In this document: positions 15,129-22,856 of the stretch, piece by piece
How the letters are laid out: each line of letters opens with the position of its first letter
How positions within the stretch are numbered: the stretch's first letter is position 1
Source of the DNA: Candidatus Heimdallarchaeota archaeon
Lineage (GTDB): Archaea > Asgardarchaeota > Heimdallarchaeia > JABLTI01
Reading direction: 5' to 3'
DNA length: 24,000 nucleotides
Assembly: GCA_018238155.1 (NCBI GenBank)
Contig: JABCTZ010000032.1
Coordinates: 5,034-29,033 of the forward strand
The notes under the pieces: model-generated
Told to the model about the DNA's origin: nothing
Databases searched by the model: none
The model's input: only the letters and a program-made list of their open reading frames with translations
Made by a program: the position numbers and the translations under genes

Positions 15129-15371
15129 AGATCCTGCAATTCTTTTTATCTTGCAGCTTTCATCAGTACAGCTATAACAAGAAGTTCCTTTATATTTTTG
15201 TGAACAATAAGTTACTGCGTTTCTAATTTTACACCAGTCAATGATACAATCTGTACAAAAAGTCACTTTTGGTGTTTTCACTGCTGATTTCTGTCTCACT
15301 AAGAATTTTTCTTGAGTATCTAAAACAGCCAATTTTTCACCAATCCTTTGATCTAATCTTCTTCTTATCAA
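15126..15371 (-). CDS. Cys-rich miniprotein, paralog 1 (81 aa)
   Basis: The ORF has an apparent TTG start and no internal Met. It shares an ordered motif with the neighbouring 63-aa ORF: EK(L/I)A(V/I)L ... (F/Y)C(T/S)DCxx(D/S)WCx8YCSxKY(K/R)G...Cx4C. Protein-level conservation alongside diverged DNA supports real coding. Confidence 0.6.
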   Translation of the reverse strand: MIRRRLDQRIGEKLAVLDTQEKFLVRQKSAVKTPKVTFCTDCIIDWCKIRNAVTYCSQKYKGTSCYSCTDESCKIKRIAGS

Positions 15372-15456
15372 TAAAGTGATGAAATGTCGCTTTTTAACTT
15401 GCTAATATCTTGAGAATATTGGCATAATACCCAAAAATGAGTATTAGATGCTAAAA

Positions 15457-15648
15457 TTAGTCTAATTTTAGTAGGCAAAGTTCATTCTCACATAAAAAAC
15501 TACGAACACCACGATATTTTAAACTGCAATAAACGATTTTTTCTTTGTTCAAACACCATGAAAACATACAATCTGAACAATAGCCAATTTGTTCTTTAAG
15601 AATGGCTATTTTTTCTGTTAATACTTCGTCTTTTGATTCTGACGCCAA
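15457..15648 (-). CDS. Cys-rich miniprotein, paralog 2 (63 aa)
   Basis: See paralog 1. The sequence is MASESKDEVLTEKIAILKEQIGYCSDCMFSWCLNKEKIVYCSLKYRGVRSFLCENELCLLKLD. The apparent start is TTG at 15648 and is uncertain. Confidence 0.6.
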   Translation of the reverse strand: MASESKDEVLTEKIAILKEQIGYCSDCMFSWCLNKEKIVYCSLKYRGVRSFLCENELCLLKLD

Positions 15649-15754
15649 TTGTAAGTTTCAATCCTCTATTGTTTACTTTACATTGTTACAGTTTTCTTCA
15701 ACTTAATTATTACATTCGTATCTTTAGTAATTAAGACAACGAATATTAATTTGG

Positions 15755-16903
15755 CTATTTATCAGCAACTGAAATTGGTTTCTTAATGAAATCATTGAAA
15801 GTTGTAGTTGTTTGTTTCCCTACGAATTCTTCAGGTAGCTTTCTGAATTCTTCTTGATGGTTCATTGATAACTGCAAATAGTTTTCTAAATTTAATTCAA
15901 GAATTAATAAACCAAACATTAAAGCACTAACATTTTCTGATACATACAGATCACGGTGATTCCAAAGTTCATTTGTTCCTAAATTAATATCACAGATATT
16001 TTCAGCTCCAGGAAGTATTACATCAGCTGCTTCAACTACACCATCGTTTAGGGTCTTTTTACGATAAATTGTTTTAGTAAACCATTGTTGTTTTGTCCCT
16101 CTAATTGTCATCCATCGAATAGTTCCTGGAGTAAGTGGATGAGAATTTAATTCTTCAATGAATTCATTTTTCAGTGATTTTTTCTTATTGAACATTGCCT
16201 TGAATTTTCCAAAGACAGCTCGATTTCCGGCACTAATTTGGAGAAATTGCTTGCTTTGAGAGAAATTATCCTTTCCATAAATTAATCGTAAAATATATTG
16301 AATAAATGGTGCTTGCAAACGGTCTATAATTTTGCATCCTTTATTTGGCGTAGCGATTAGTAAAATATTTTTTATTCGTAAAGTTCCTGATTTTTCAGTA
16401 GGGAGGAGATTATTACCCTTCATTTTATCTTGAATGAATTTTCTAACAATTAACCCACCCATACTTGCTCCTATGAAATCTATCTCACCATTTTCTTGAA
16501 ATTCCCAAGAGTCTCGGTTTGTATTAATACTTTTGAATAATTCTTCAGCTAACTCTGGAATGCTATGTTTAAAATTGCATCTGCCATCTTTTTTAGAATA
16601 GATATCAAAAAGATAGATTCTTTTGTACCCTAGAGGATTTGTTTTTGGATCAAATTTCAAAGCATCAATGTAGTATAAATGATGTCCAATTCTAGGAGGA
16701 TTATCAACTGAATATCCTGGAATGATAATTAGTGTTCTTTCGTTTCCTTTATGGGTGCGTTTTTTTAATTTGAAAGCATTTAGATATCTTTTTGTAAGGA
16801 TTTCTGAAGAATTCTGATTCACACAATTTGTTTCTCTTTTGATTGAAAAGATACTATCTAACACTTTATTCATAGCAAAACCTGCTGAGGGCTCCTCAAG
16901 CAT
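15755..16903 (-). CDS. Alpha/beta-hydrolase, lipase class 2 / PGAP1 / DUF676-like putative serine esterase
   Basis: The 382-aa ORF has TLIIIPGYS (oxyanion-region strand), a nucleophile elbow IDFIGASMGGLIVRKF (GxSxG), then NDGVVEAADV (candidate Asp) and LWNHRDLY (candidate His). The order is that expected for a Ser-Asp-His triad. Confidence 0.7.
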   Translation of the reverse strand: MLEEPSAGFAMNKVLDSIFSIKRETNCVNQNSSEILTKRYLNAFKLKKRTHKGNERTLIIIPGYSVDNPPRIGHHLYYIDALKFDPKTNPLGYKRIYLFDIYSKKDGRCNFKHSIPELAEELFKSINTNRDSWEFQENGEIDFIGASMGGLIVRKFIQDKMKGNNLLPTEKSGTLRIKNILLIATPNKGCKIIDRLQAPFIQYILRLIYGKDNFSQSKQFLQISAGNRAVFGKFKAMFNKKKSLKNEFIEELNSHPLTPGTIRWMTIRGTKQQWFTKTIYRKKTLNDGVVEAADVILPGAENICDINLGTNELWNHRDLYVSENVSALMFGLLILELNLENYLQLSMNHQEEFRKLPEEFVGKQTTTTFNDFIKKPISVADK

Positions 16904-16952
16904 TCACTGGTGAAATTTTGCTTTTAAATGTCTAAAGGACGTATGAAAAACA

Positions 16953-17714
16953 TTACTTGATTATAGTGAAATCATTTTTCTCAAGAAATAGTTTCAATTT
17001 CTTTTTTGATTTCAGTTTTTGTGTTTTGAAAGTTTCTTGATATTCTGAACGGTTAATATACTTCATAATTTTGAGCGTTCTTTCTTTGACTTCATCCTCA
17101 GTTGATACTGATTGATAAAAATAGATTTTCTTATTTTTTTCGTGGATAATAAAAATTAAATCACCGTTTAGTATTACCTTTTTTTCTTCAAATTCCACTG
17201 TTATTCCATTCTTTACTTTGAATACTCTTACCCTTGGTTTAATCTTTAGTTTAAAGACCAAATCTTCGTATATCAATTGTAATGTATTTAATTGCAGATT
17301 TTCTTCTGTTTTGAGATAGCTTTTTTGATAAAGATTCAACAATGATTCGATCATAGAGAAGACATTAGCAATAAGATGAAACATTTCTTTTTTAAAAATA
17401 ATGAATAATGCACAAAAAAGTCCTTTCTCAATAATCTCTGGACTAGTGCTTGTAGTAGCTTCTACATTGAAGATATAAATCAGTGCTTGATATTTTAAAT
17501 TATATTGTACGGGTAGTGGACCAAATAATCCTTGAATTTTTTCTTCGCCTAATCCAACAGCAGTTATTCCTTGAATAGCGGTGGCAAGTGCTTCCCTGTC
17601 ATTTAAGGTACTAGCATTGATGCTTAATTGTGGTCCTGAATCATTTATCATAGCAAACAAAATACCGTTAAAAATAGAATCATCTAATTCTTGTTCCAGA
17701 GATTCAGCTGTCAT
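16953..17714 (-). CDS. Hypothetical protein; N-terminal longin/roadblock-like domain (inferred) plus a beta-rich C-terminal domain
   Basis: The N-terminus of this 253-aa ORF reads FNGILFAMINDSGPQLSINAS-TLNDREALATAIQGITAVGLGEE-GLFGPLPVQ-YQALIYIFNVE-GLFCALFIIFKK-(helix). This gives a beta-beta-alpha-beta-beta-beta-alpha pattern reminiscent of longin/roadblock/uDENN folds. The C-terminal half (RVFKVKNGITVEFEEKKVILNGDLIFIIHEKNKKIYFY...helix) is PH/beta-sandwich-like. The assignment rests on pattern only, not on a search. Confidence 0.55.
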   Translation of the reverse strand: MTAESLEQELDDSIFNGILFAMINDSGPQLSINASTLNDREALATAIQGITAVGLGEEKIQGLFGPLPVQYNLKYQALIYIFNVEATTSTSPEIIEKGLFCALFIIFKKEMFHLIANVFSMIESLLNLYQKSYLKTEENLQLNTLQLIYEDLVFKLKIKPRVRVFKVKNGITVEFEEKKVILNGDLIFIIHEKNKKIYFYQSVSTEDEVKERTLKIMKYINRSEYQETFKTQKLKSKKKLKLFLEKNDFTIIK

Positions 17715-17804
17715 TTTTGTTTACCACGTTTCAAATTAAGAACTCAATTATTATTGCATATTCTTTGAAATCAGTGATACCTCAAAAACCTTTCTAAAGT
17801 TGAA

Positions 17805-19409
17805 ATGCAATATTTTGATAACCAAATAACAAAAAAATTAATAGTTAGCTTTTGTTTAATGGAAAGAAGAATGAGAAGGCATCAATCAATGACCACTACT
17901 ACAGAAGATAATAATTCAGAAGAAAAACCAATTCGAACTGTAACTACAGTCAATGATTTTTCAACTAAAAAACATAACAAATTCATATCAAATATTACTA
18001 ATAGAAATTGGTCAGCATATAGTTTAGATTTTGCCGTTGTTTTGTTATTAGTAGTTTTGGGATTGTTTATTCGCATTCTCTTATCTTACACCTTTCGAGA
18101 GCAATATGGCTTTGGGACTGACTCAATAATTTGGAATAGATGGTTGCACTTTGATATCTATAATCCTGTAGCAAAACAATATATACCAATCCGCGGTTTT
18201 GCTGATTTCGGTTATTATTATCATTCTTGGATTGAAGGGTGGTATAATCGCACCTGGTATCCCTACCAATGGCATGATGAATCAACTGTATTAGATTACT
18301 ATTCTTATCCACCTGTATTCATTTATTTCTTAGTATTTACTTGGCGTCCTGGAATGAGCAATTTGTGGATGGCTTTTCCAATGATTTTTGCTGATGCTGC
18401 CTGTGCTGGTGTTGTTTATCTAATATTAAAAGAATTATTCAAAGAAAAGAAAGGAAGAGCTATTGGACTTGTTGGTGGAATTCTTATGGTGATTGCGCCA
18501 ATAAATGTTATTTATGATGGTATCTACTGGCTAAATCCTGGTCCGGTTACGTTGGTAACAATGATTGCTTTTTATTTTGCTACAAAGAAGAAATGGTGGC
18601 AAGCATTCTTTTGGTTAGCAGTTGCTACTATGACAAAACAAAATGCCTTGTTTTTCACTTACCCAATGTTTATGTTTATGCTTGGTGAAAAGCTTAAGAA
18701 TAAAAAGATAAAAGATGCAATCGTCGAAAGTATAATGAATGCATTGTTGTTTGTAGGAGTGGGTCTCTTACTTTCCGTTCCTTGGATTTTTATTAGTCCT
18801 TACGAATATGTACGTCATATGCTTTTTCCAGGTAGACCCATAGAACTAAGGCTTACACCAATAAATCCTGTATCGAATGATTGCGTATCTTTTGCGAGAT
18901 CTTTACAGGAATTAGGTTTTCCGAATTGGATTTTAGCTTTAGCTTCATTTGGAAATTATTCTATGCTTTGGATGATTCTCTCAGCAAGTATAATTGCAGT
19001 ACTAATGATGTGGAGATCTTATACTGGAAAGATGGATGGTGTTGAATTTTATGAGTGGATAGCCATTTATATGATTTTTAGCCATATATTTATGCCTCGA
19101 GGTGTCTACAAATTCTATGTGGCATATTTTACTCCTGTAATTTTGATTGCCTTTCTTGGGTCATTAACAAAACTTACTGAGAAAAAAGAATTTTTACCAA
19201 TTGGTTTAGTTCTAGGAAGTGCGCTATTTTTGGGTTTCAATGTTTGGTTAATAGTAATACCCAGATTTCCTGTTCCTTTCTTACTATTCATGACTGCTGC
19301 AGTTATCGCATTAATATTGTGGTTAAGAGCTTATTTCCGAGATTTAGCAGTAAAGAAAGGAAATTTACTCAGCACATCTTTCTATCTTGATAAGAAAATT
19401 GGTCAATAA
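17805..19409 (+). CDS. Polytopic membrane protein, GT-C-type glycosyltransferase-like (DUF2029/PMT-like)
   Basis: The 534-aa maximal ORF has alternative ATGs at 17859, 17871 and 17889. It has a hydrophilic N-terminus of about 70 aa, then at least 10 TM segments. An early loop reads ...GFADFGYYYHSWIEGWYN...YSYPPVFIYFLVF...AFPMIFADAACAGVVYLILKELF, typical of GT-C families. The start codon is uncertain. Confidence 0.55.
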   Translation: MQYFDNQITKKLIVSFCLMERRMRRHQSMTTTTEDNNSEEKPIRTVTTVNDFSTKKHNKFISNITNRNWSAYSLDFAVVLLLVVLGLFIRILLSYTFREQYGFGTDSIIWNRWLHFDIYNPVAKQYIPIRGFADFGYYYHSWIEGWYNRTWYPYQWHDESTVLDYYSYPPVFIYFLVFTWRPGMSNLWMAFPMIFADAACAGVVYLILKELFKEKKGRAIGLVGGILMVIAPINVIYDGIYWLNPGPVTLVTMIAFYFATKKKWWQAFFWLAVATMTKQNALFFTYPMFMFMLGEKLKNKKIKDAIVESIMNALLFVGVGLLLSVPWIFISPYEYVRHMLFPGRPIELRLTPINPVSNDCVSFARSLQELGFPNWILALASFGNYSMLWMILSASIIAVLMMWRSYTGKMDGVEFYEWIAIYMIFSHIFMPRGVYKFYVAYFTPVILIAFLGSLTKLTEKKEFLPIGLVLGSALFLGFNVWLIVIPRFPVPFLLFMTAAVIALILWLRAYFRDLAVKKGNLLSTSFYLDKKIGQ

Positions 19410-19422
19410 TAAAATAGGATGT

Positions 19423-19438
19423 ACCTTTTGTAAAAGGT
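19423..19438 (+). terminator. Near-palindromic hairpin after the GT-C-like gene
   Basis: ACCTTTT-GT-AAAAGGT lies 14 nt after the TAATAA double stop (19404-19409). It is followed by a T-rich sequence (TTCATCTAATTTTCTT). Confidence 0.35.
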
Positions 19439-19521
19439 TTCATCTAATTTTCTTATAACTCATAAGTACAATTTTTAACCTAAAAAACATCTAAATTTAA
19501 AGTGAAAAACTACCTTTAGAA

Positions 19522-19938
19522 TTGGAGAAATCAAACGTGTCAGAAAATACTTCAGATGAAGGAAAGCATTTACTCGCTGTTTATGGCACATTAAAAGAAA
19601 ATTTTCCAAATTATTTCTACTACTTAAATCCCCTTGTACCAATATTTCGAGGGATGGTGCAGATACCGTATGAAATGTATTCGAATGGAGGATTCCCTCT
19701 TCTCTTTTCTTCTGATAAGCAAAATAAAATCTATGTGGAAATATTTGAGGTAACCGATAGAATTATCAAAAAAATCGATAGATTAGAAGGTGTTCCCCAT
19801 TTGTATTCACGAGCAACAATTTGGATAGACGAGATTAGTGTCAATGCATTTCTCTATGTAATAGAAAATAGAGAACCCACGGGTGAATTAATTGAAGATG
19901 GAATTTTCAAAAGAAAAGATGATGACCAATTCATCTAA
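19522..19938 (+). CDS. Gamma-glutamylcyclotransferase (GGCT / AIG2-like) family protein
   Basis: The 138-aa ORF has LLAVYGTLKENFPNY..., GGFPLLF, KIYVEIFEV (candidate catalytic Glu) and IDRLEGVPHLYSRATIWI. These are collinear with AIG2/GGACT-family motifs (YGTL, yP.l, V.GE.y.V, LD..EG...Y.R). The start is TTG at 19522 or GTG at 19537. Confidence 0.72.
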   Translation: MEKSNVSENTSDEGKHLLAVYGTLKENFPNYFYYLNPLVPIFRGMVQIPYEMYSNGGFPLLFSSDKQNKIYVEIFEVTDRIIKKIDRLEGVPHLYSRATIWIDEISVNAFLYVIENREPTGELIEDGIFKRKDDDQFI

Positions 19939-19943
19939 AATAA

Positions 19944-21188
19944 CTATTTAGTAGTTTTTATCCAATCTAATAATGCAACAATGCCATGACTTTTTTCATA
20001 ATCTAAAACTCTCTGAAAACCCCGACCGTATATATCCTCTCTCGAGAGAATCATTTCTGCTTGTCCTTGATAACCAAATCGCATAAGTACTTTATAGGAT
20101 ATCCATTCACAGAACCCTTCACGAATTTGTAAGGATTGGTTTAGCTCGGTTACATTTTCAGATTGCCATGCGTGCCCCATTTCATGGCTAATTGTACCTA
20201 AAGACATTTGCAAAGGTAAATGAGATTGAATGAAAATATTCCTTTTTTCTCCTTTTCTTTTGAAGAGACCGAGATTACGTCCTGCGGTAACTTCAGCTCC
20301 TGATTCTTTTATGCGACTGTCTAGTAATTTCTTTGAGATTAAGCGAAAATTAATAGCACTGTTAATTTTCAAACCTAAACCTAATAATCCCACTTCAGCT
20401 TTATCTACTAAAGATATCAATTGTTTTTCAGTAGTGATTGAGCTTCTTTGGCACTCTACACAAATTTTTCTTCCATCTGAAATTTGAACATATTGTAGTC
20501 CAACTGGACGACCACATGAGTCACAATGTGGAGCGAGTTTTTCACAGTGCTCACAATATATGCCTCTCTGGTATTTATAAGAAAAGTATCTACCAACAAT
20601 TGGTAAACCACAAGAAGTGCATCGTTGAGCTTTTTCCTGACATGAATAGCATATCTTTTTATCGTGGACCGTGAAAAGAAATTGGCTTGGCATTCCACAT
20701 AAATTACATCTTTCATAAATTTTGTAACAATAATCACAAACAACTTCATTGTCAAACACCCAATACGTTCCTACTATAGGGTTGTTACAGACACTACACC
20801 GCGGAGCTTTTGTTAAACATTGTTTACAAAGAACTTTCCCACGAATTTTTGTATATTTAACAACGGGTTGCCCACACCGCTCGCATTTTAGATATTTGTT
20901 CATACAATCATCACAAGCAATAGTTTTGTCAACAAAACGAGTGTAGCTCCCGATGACTGCTTTTCCACAGGTATCACACTTTGGGGATCTATTATAACAG
21001 ATTATGCACAAACCATCAACTGATTCATCTGAACCACCAATTATTGGTTTCTTGCAGCTTGTACATTTTAAAAGAAATTTGAAACAGTCGTTACAAAAGG
21101 TTGATCCGTCAGAGAAATGAATGTATTTACCTGTGATAACTTCATTACACGCATCACATTTCACTTTAATTATTCCAACAGATACCAA
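19944..21188 (-). CDS. Multi-zinc-module (LIM-like) protein fused to a DA1-like HEMxH metallopeptidase
   Basis: 414-aa ORF. Residues 11-246 form eight tandem CxxC-x15-19-CxxC modules. Residues ~300-414 read LPLQMSLGTISHEMGHAWQ...IREGFCEWISYKVL...IYGRGFQRVLDYEKSHGIVALLDWI. These are collinear with the plant DA1 peptidase region as I recall it (LPRLLTGSILAHEMMHAWL...VEEGICQVLAHMWL...YGDGFR...GL..TLDHI). The TTG start at 21188 is preceded by GGAGG (21200-21196) with a 7-nt spacer. Confidence 0.85.
   Translation of the reverse strand: MVSVGIIKVKCDACNEVITGKYIHFSDGSTFCNDCFKFLLKCTSCKKPIIGGSDESVDGLCIICYNRSPKCDTCGKAVIGSYTRFVDKTIACDDCMNKYLKCERCGQPVVKYTKIRGKVLCKQCLTKAPRCSVCNNPIVGTYWVFDNEVVCDYCYKIYERCNLCGMPSQFLFTVHDKKICYSCQEKAQRCTSCGLPIVGRYFSYKYQRGIYCEHCEKLAPHCDSCGRPVGLQYVQISDGRKICVECQRSSITTEKQLISLVDKAEVGLLGLGLKINSAINFRLISKKLLDSRIKESGAEVTAGRNLGLFKRKGEKRNIFIQSHLPLQMSLGTISHEMGHAWQSENVTELNQSLQIREGFCEWISYKVLMRFGYQGQAEMILSREDIYGRGFQRVLDYEKSHGIVALLDWIKTTK
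20451..21158 (-). repeat. Eight tandem zinc-binding modules (protein-level repeat, 25-32 aa each, 32 Cys)
   Basis: The modules start at residues 11, 42, 71, 102, 131, 161, 190 and 222. Odd modules are CxxC-x16-18-CxxC(F/M/Y/E)Kxxxx. Even modules are CxxC(G/K)xP-x12-CxxC-xxK/RxxK/R. They therefore pair into four LIM-like double fingers whose inter-finger linker is 6 aa instead of 2. Confidence 0.85.
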
Positions 21189-21301
21189 TGAGTTTCCTCC
21201 GGAAATTAGATTCCCAATTTAACAGAAAATAATCTGTACTAATAAATAACTCTTCAATTGAAAAAAACTTTCTATTAAGGTAATATTTCAAGAGTCTTTC
21301 T

Positions 21302-21829
21302 TCATTTAATATATTTCAGTAATTCTTTGATAAATTCGTTAATTTTCTCACATTCACTTTGAAATTTGATTGGTATTAATTTGTCATAATTGGTGATGTA
21401 GGGAAGAATGACCATCTTAGGAAAAGATGCCGAACCCAATAATAAGATAACAGCTGCAACACCTAAAATCAACCATTTAGACCAATGATCAATAAATATA
21501 ATGCTAGCTATTGTTCCAAGAATAACAAGTATTGAACCGAATATTGTTGTACCAAACAATGAGCGAATTACCCATTGCCTTTTTTTACGTATTTTGGTAA
21601 ATGCTTCTTTTGCTCCTTGTGCTTCCCAAATTAAATCTATATCTTGAATGTTAAGTGAAATTGCTGCAATATAAGTATCAGTAATCTGAAGAGATGAAGT
21701 AATTGCCTCCTTGGCGTCATCTTTCGGCCAATTCTTTCTTCCAATGACAATAGAGAGATTATCAATAATTTGAGTGATATTCTCTTTTATGCCTCGAGAT
21801 AATTTCCTTTTGGTTCTTCTAGGGGACAT
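21302..21829 (-). CDS. Hypothetical membrane protein (soluble N-terminal ~95 aa, two TM segments, short C-terminal tail)
   Basis: 175-aa ATG-initiated ORF with TM segments SLFGTTIFGSILVILGTIASIIFI and WLILGVAAVILLLGSASF. No family recognised. Confidence 0.55.
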   Translation of the reverse strand: MSPRRTKRKLSRGIKENITQIIDNLSIVIGRKNWPKDDAKEAITSSLQITDTYIAAISLNIQDIDLIWEAQGAKEAFTKIRKKRQWVIRSLFGTTIFGSILVILGTIASIIFIDHWSKWLILGVAAVILLLGSASFPKMVILPYITNYDKLIPIKFQSECEKINEFIKELLKYIK

Positions 21830-22008
21830 GATCTTCTTCCTTGTAAATTGAATGAGTTAGATTAATTAATTAATTTAACTAAACTTCTCGGAGTGACCTA
21901 CAAACAGAGCAAAATTGTATCAATCATACAAATTAATCTTCAAATACTATCTGATTTCACTGATAGGAGAATAAAAGACTGATCAGAGAAATAGACGAGA
22001 AAGCAAAA

Positions 22009-22500
22009 CTAACGTTTGCTATCTCTAACTCCATGGACAAAGGTTCCAATAAAAGCACCCAGACCAAAGGTAAAAACACAATAAAGACCAATAACGAGAC
22101 TTGTAAGTGAAATTTGTCCAACGTTAATAAGAAATCCTCCTATACTGGCAGAAAATATTGCTTTTTCTATCACTCCAAATAAGAAGAAGATCAAAGTGAA
22201 GATCATTGCACTATAACTGGAATACCTGAATGAAACCAGAAAACTAAGTGTTTTATTTCTAAATGCAATAACAAACCCTGCAGGCAGACCATATAAACCA
22301 ATTATGAAATTCAATGCCCAGGGATTATCCATAACAATAGCTGCAAAGATGGATGTTATCGATGAAGAAATTGCTGTAATGATTGCAATAACAATAATCC
22401 AAGACCAAGGTGTTTTAATCTGTTTTCTTGCACCTGTTTGATATTCTTTGAACGCAACACTTTCCCTTAGATCAGTATTTTCTTCCATCAATTTTAGCAT
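22009..22500 (-). CDS. Hypothetical multi-TM membrane protein
   Basis: The track ORF 22009..22572 begins at a TTG. I prefer the in-frame ATG at 22500 (MLKLMEENTDLRES...) or at 22488. Four or five hydrophobic segments follow. No family recognised. Confidence 0.5.
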   Translation of the reverse strand: MLKLMEENTDLRESVAFKEYQTGARKQIKTPWSWIIVIAIITAISSSITSIFAAIVMDNPWALNFIIGLYGLPAGFVIAFRNKTLSFLVSFRYSSYSAMIFTLIFFLFGVIEKAIFSASIGGFLINVGQISLTSLVIGLYCVFTFGLGAFIGTFVHGVRDSKR

Positions 22501-22710
22501 CCAACATGAATAAATATGAAGGATTATTTGTATTCTTGTATCACTTTCCAAATTGAAACATACGACAAACAAAAATATTTTTACTGTAAAAATTATACAA
22601 GTATATATACTCCTATTTCTAATATAGTAGTGACAGTCTAGCTTAGAAACTAAATCGCAAACTCTTTCAAAAAAGAAAGATTTTAATTAGAATAGGAAGA
22701 AAAACGATTA

Positions 22711-22732
22711 TTTTCCGCGATAATACGGAAAA
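22711..22732. promoter_or_regulatory. Inverted repeat TTTTCCG-n8-CGGAAAA in the divergent intergenic region
   Basis: Perfect 7-bp arms (22711-22717 and 22726-22732) with GC-containing cores in an AT-rich spacer. No T-tract follows, so it is not terminator-like. It is a candidate protein-binding site. Confidence 0.3.
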
Positions 22733-22763
22733 CCGACCTCTAATAGAAGAAAATTGGCGGATG

Positions 22764-22795
22764 TTTTTACTAGATAGAGTAAACTTTTTACTAGA
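22764..22795 (+). promoter_or_regulatory. Two direct repeats TTTTTACTAGA spaced 21 bp apart, upstream of the wHTH gene
   Basis: Exact 11-mers at 22764-22774 and 22785-22795, about two helical turns apart. They lie 27-58 nt upstream of a TATA-like TTTTATATT (22822-22830), which itself sits about 26 nt upstream of the ATG at 22857. Confidence 0.4.
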
Positions 22796-22856
22796 CGTAG
22801 GGTAAGAATTTGTCAGTCTTCTTTTATATTAGAATACACGGTTTATTGTCTAGGAG

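Noticed and set aside
15376-15440. GTGATGA (C-box-like) between the two Cys-rich miniprotein genes, suggesting a C/D box sRNA.
   Set aside because: No CTGA D box or C'/D' pair occurs at an appropriate distance on either strand.
18529-18548. AAATCCTGGTCCGG inside the GT-C-like gene resembles the tRNA-Asn 3' end (AAATCCTGCATCCGG). This hinted at an att-type direct repeat bounding a 9-kb integrated element downstream of the tRNA.
   Set aside because: The match is short, contains an indel and lies inside a coding region. No integrase or other mobile-element gene is present between the two sites.
20230-20946. Additional ORFs overlapping the DA1-like gene (20230..20487 +, 20438..20674 +, 20456..20755 -, 20749..20946 +).
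   Set aside because: They are alternative frames of a gene whose main frame carries a regular 8-fold Cys repeat and a peptidase motif. None has independent support.
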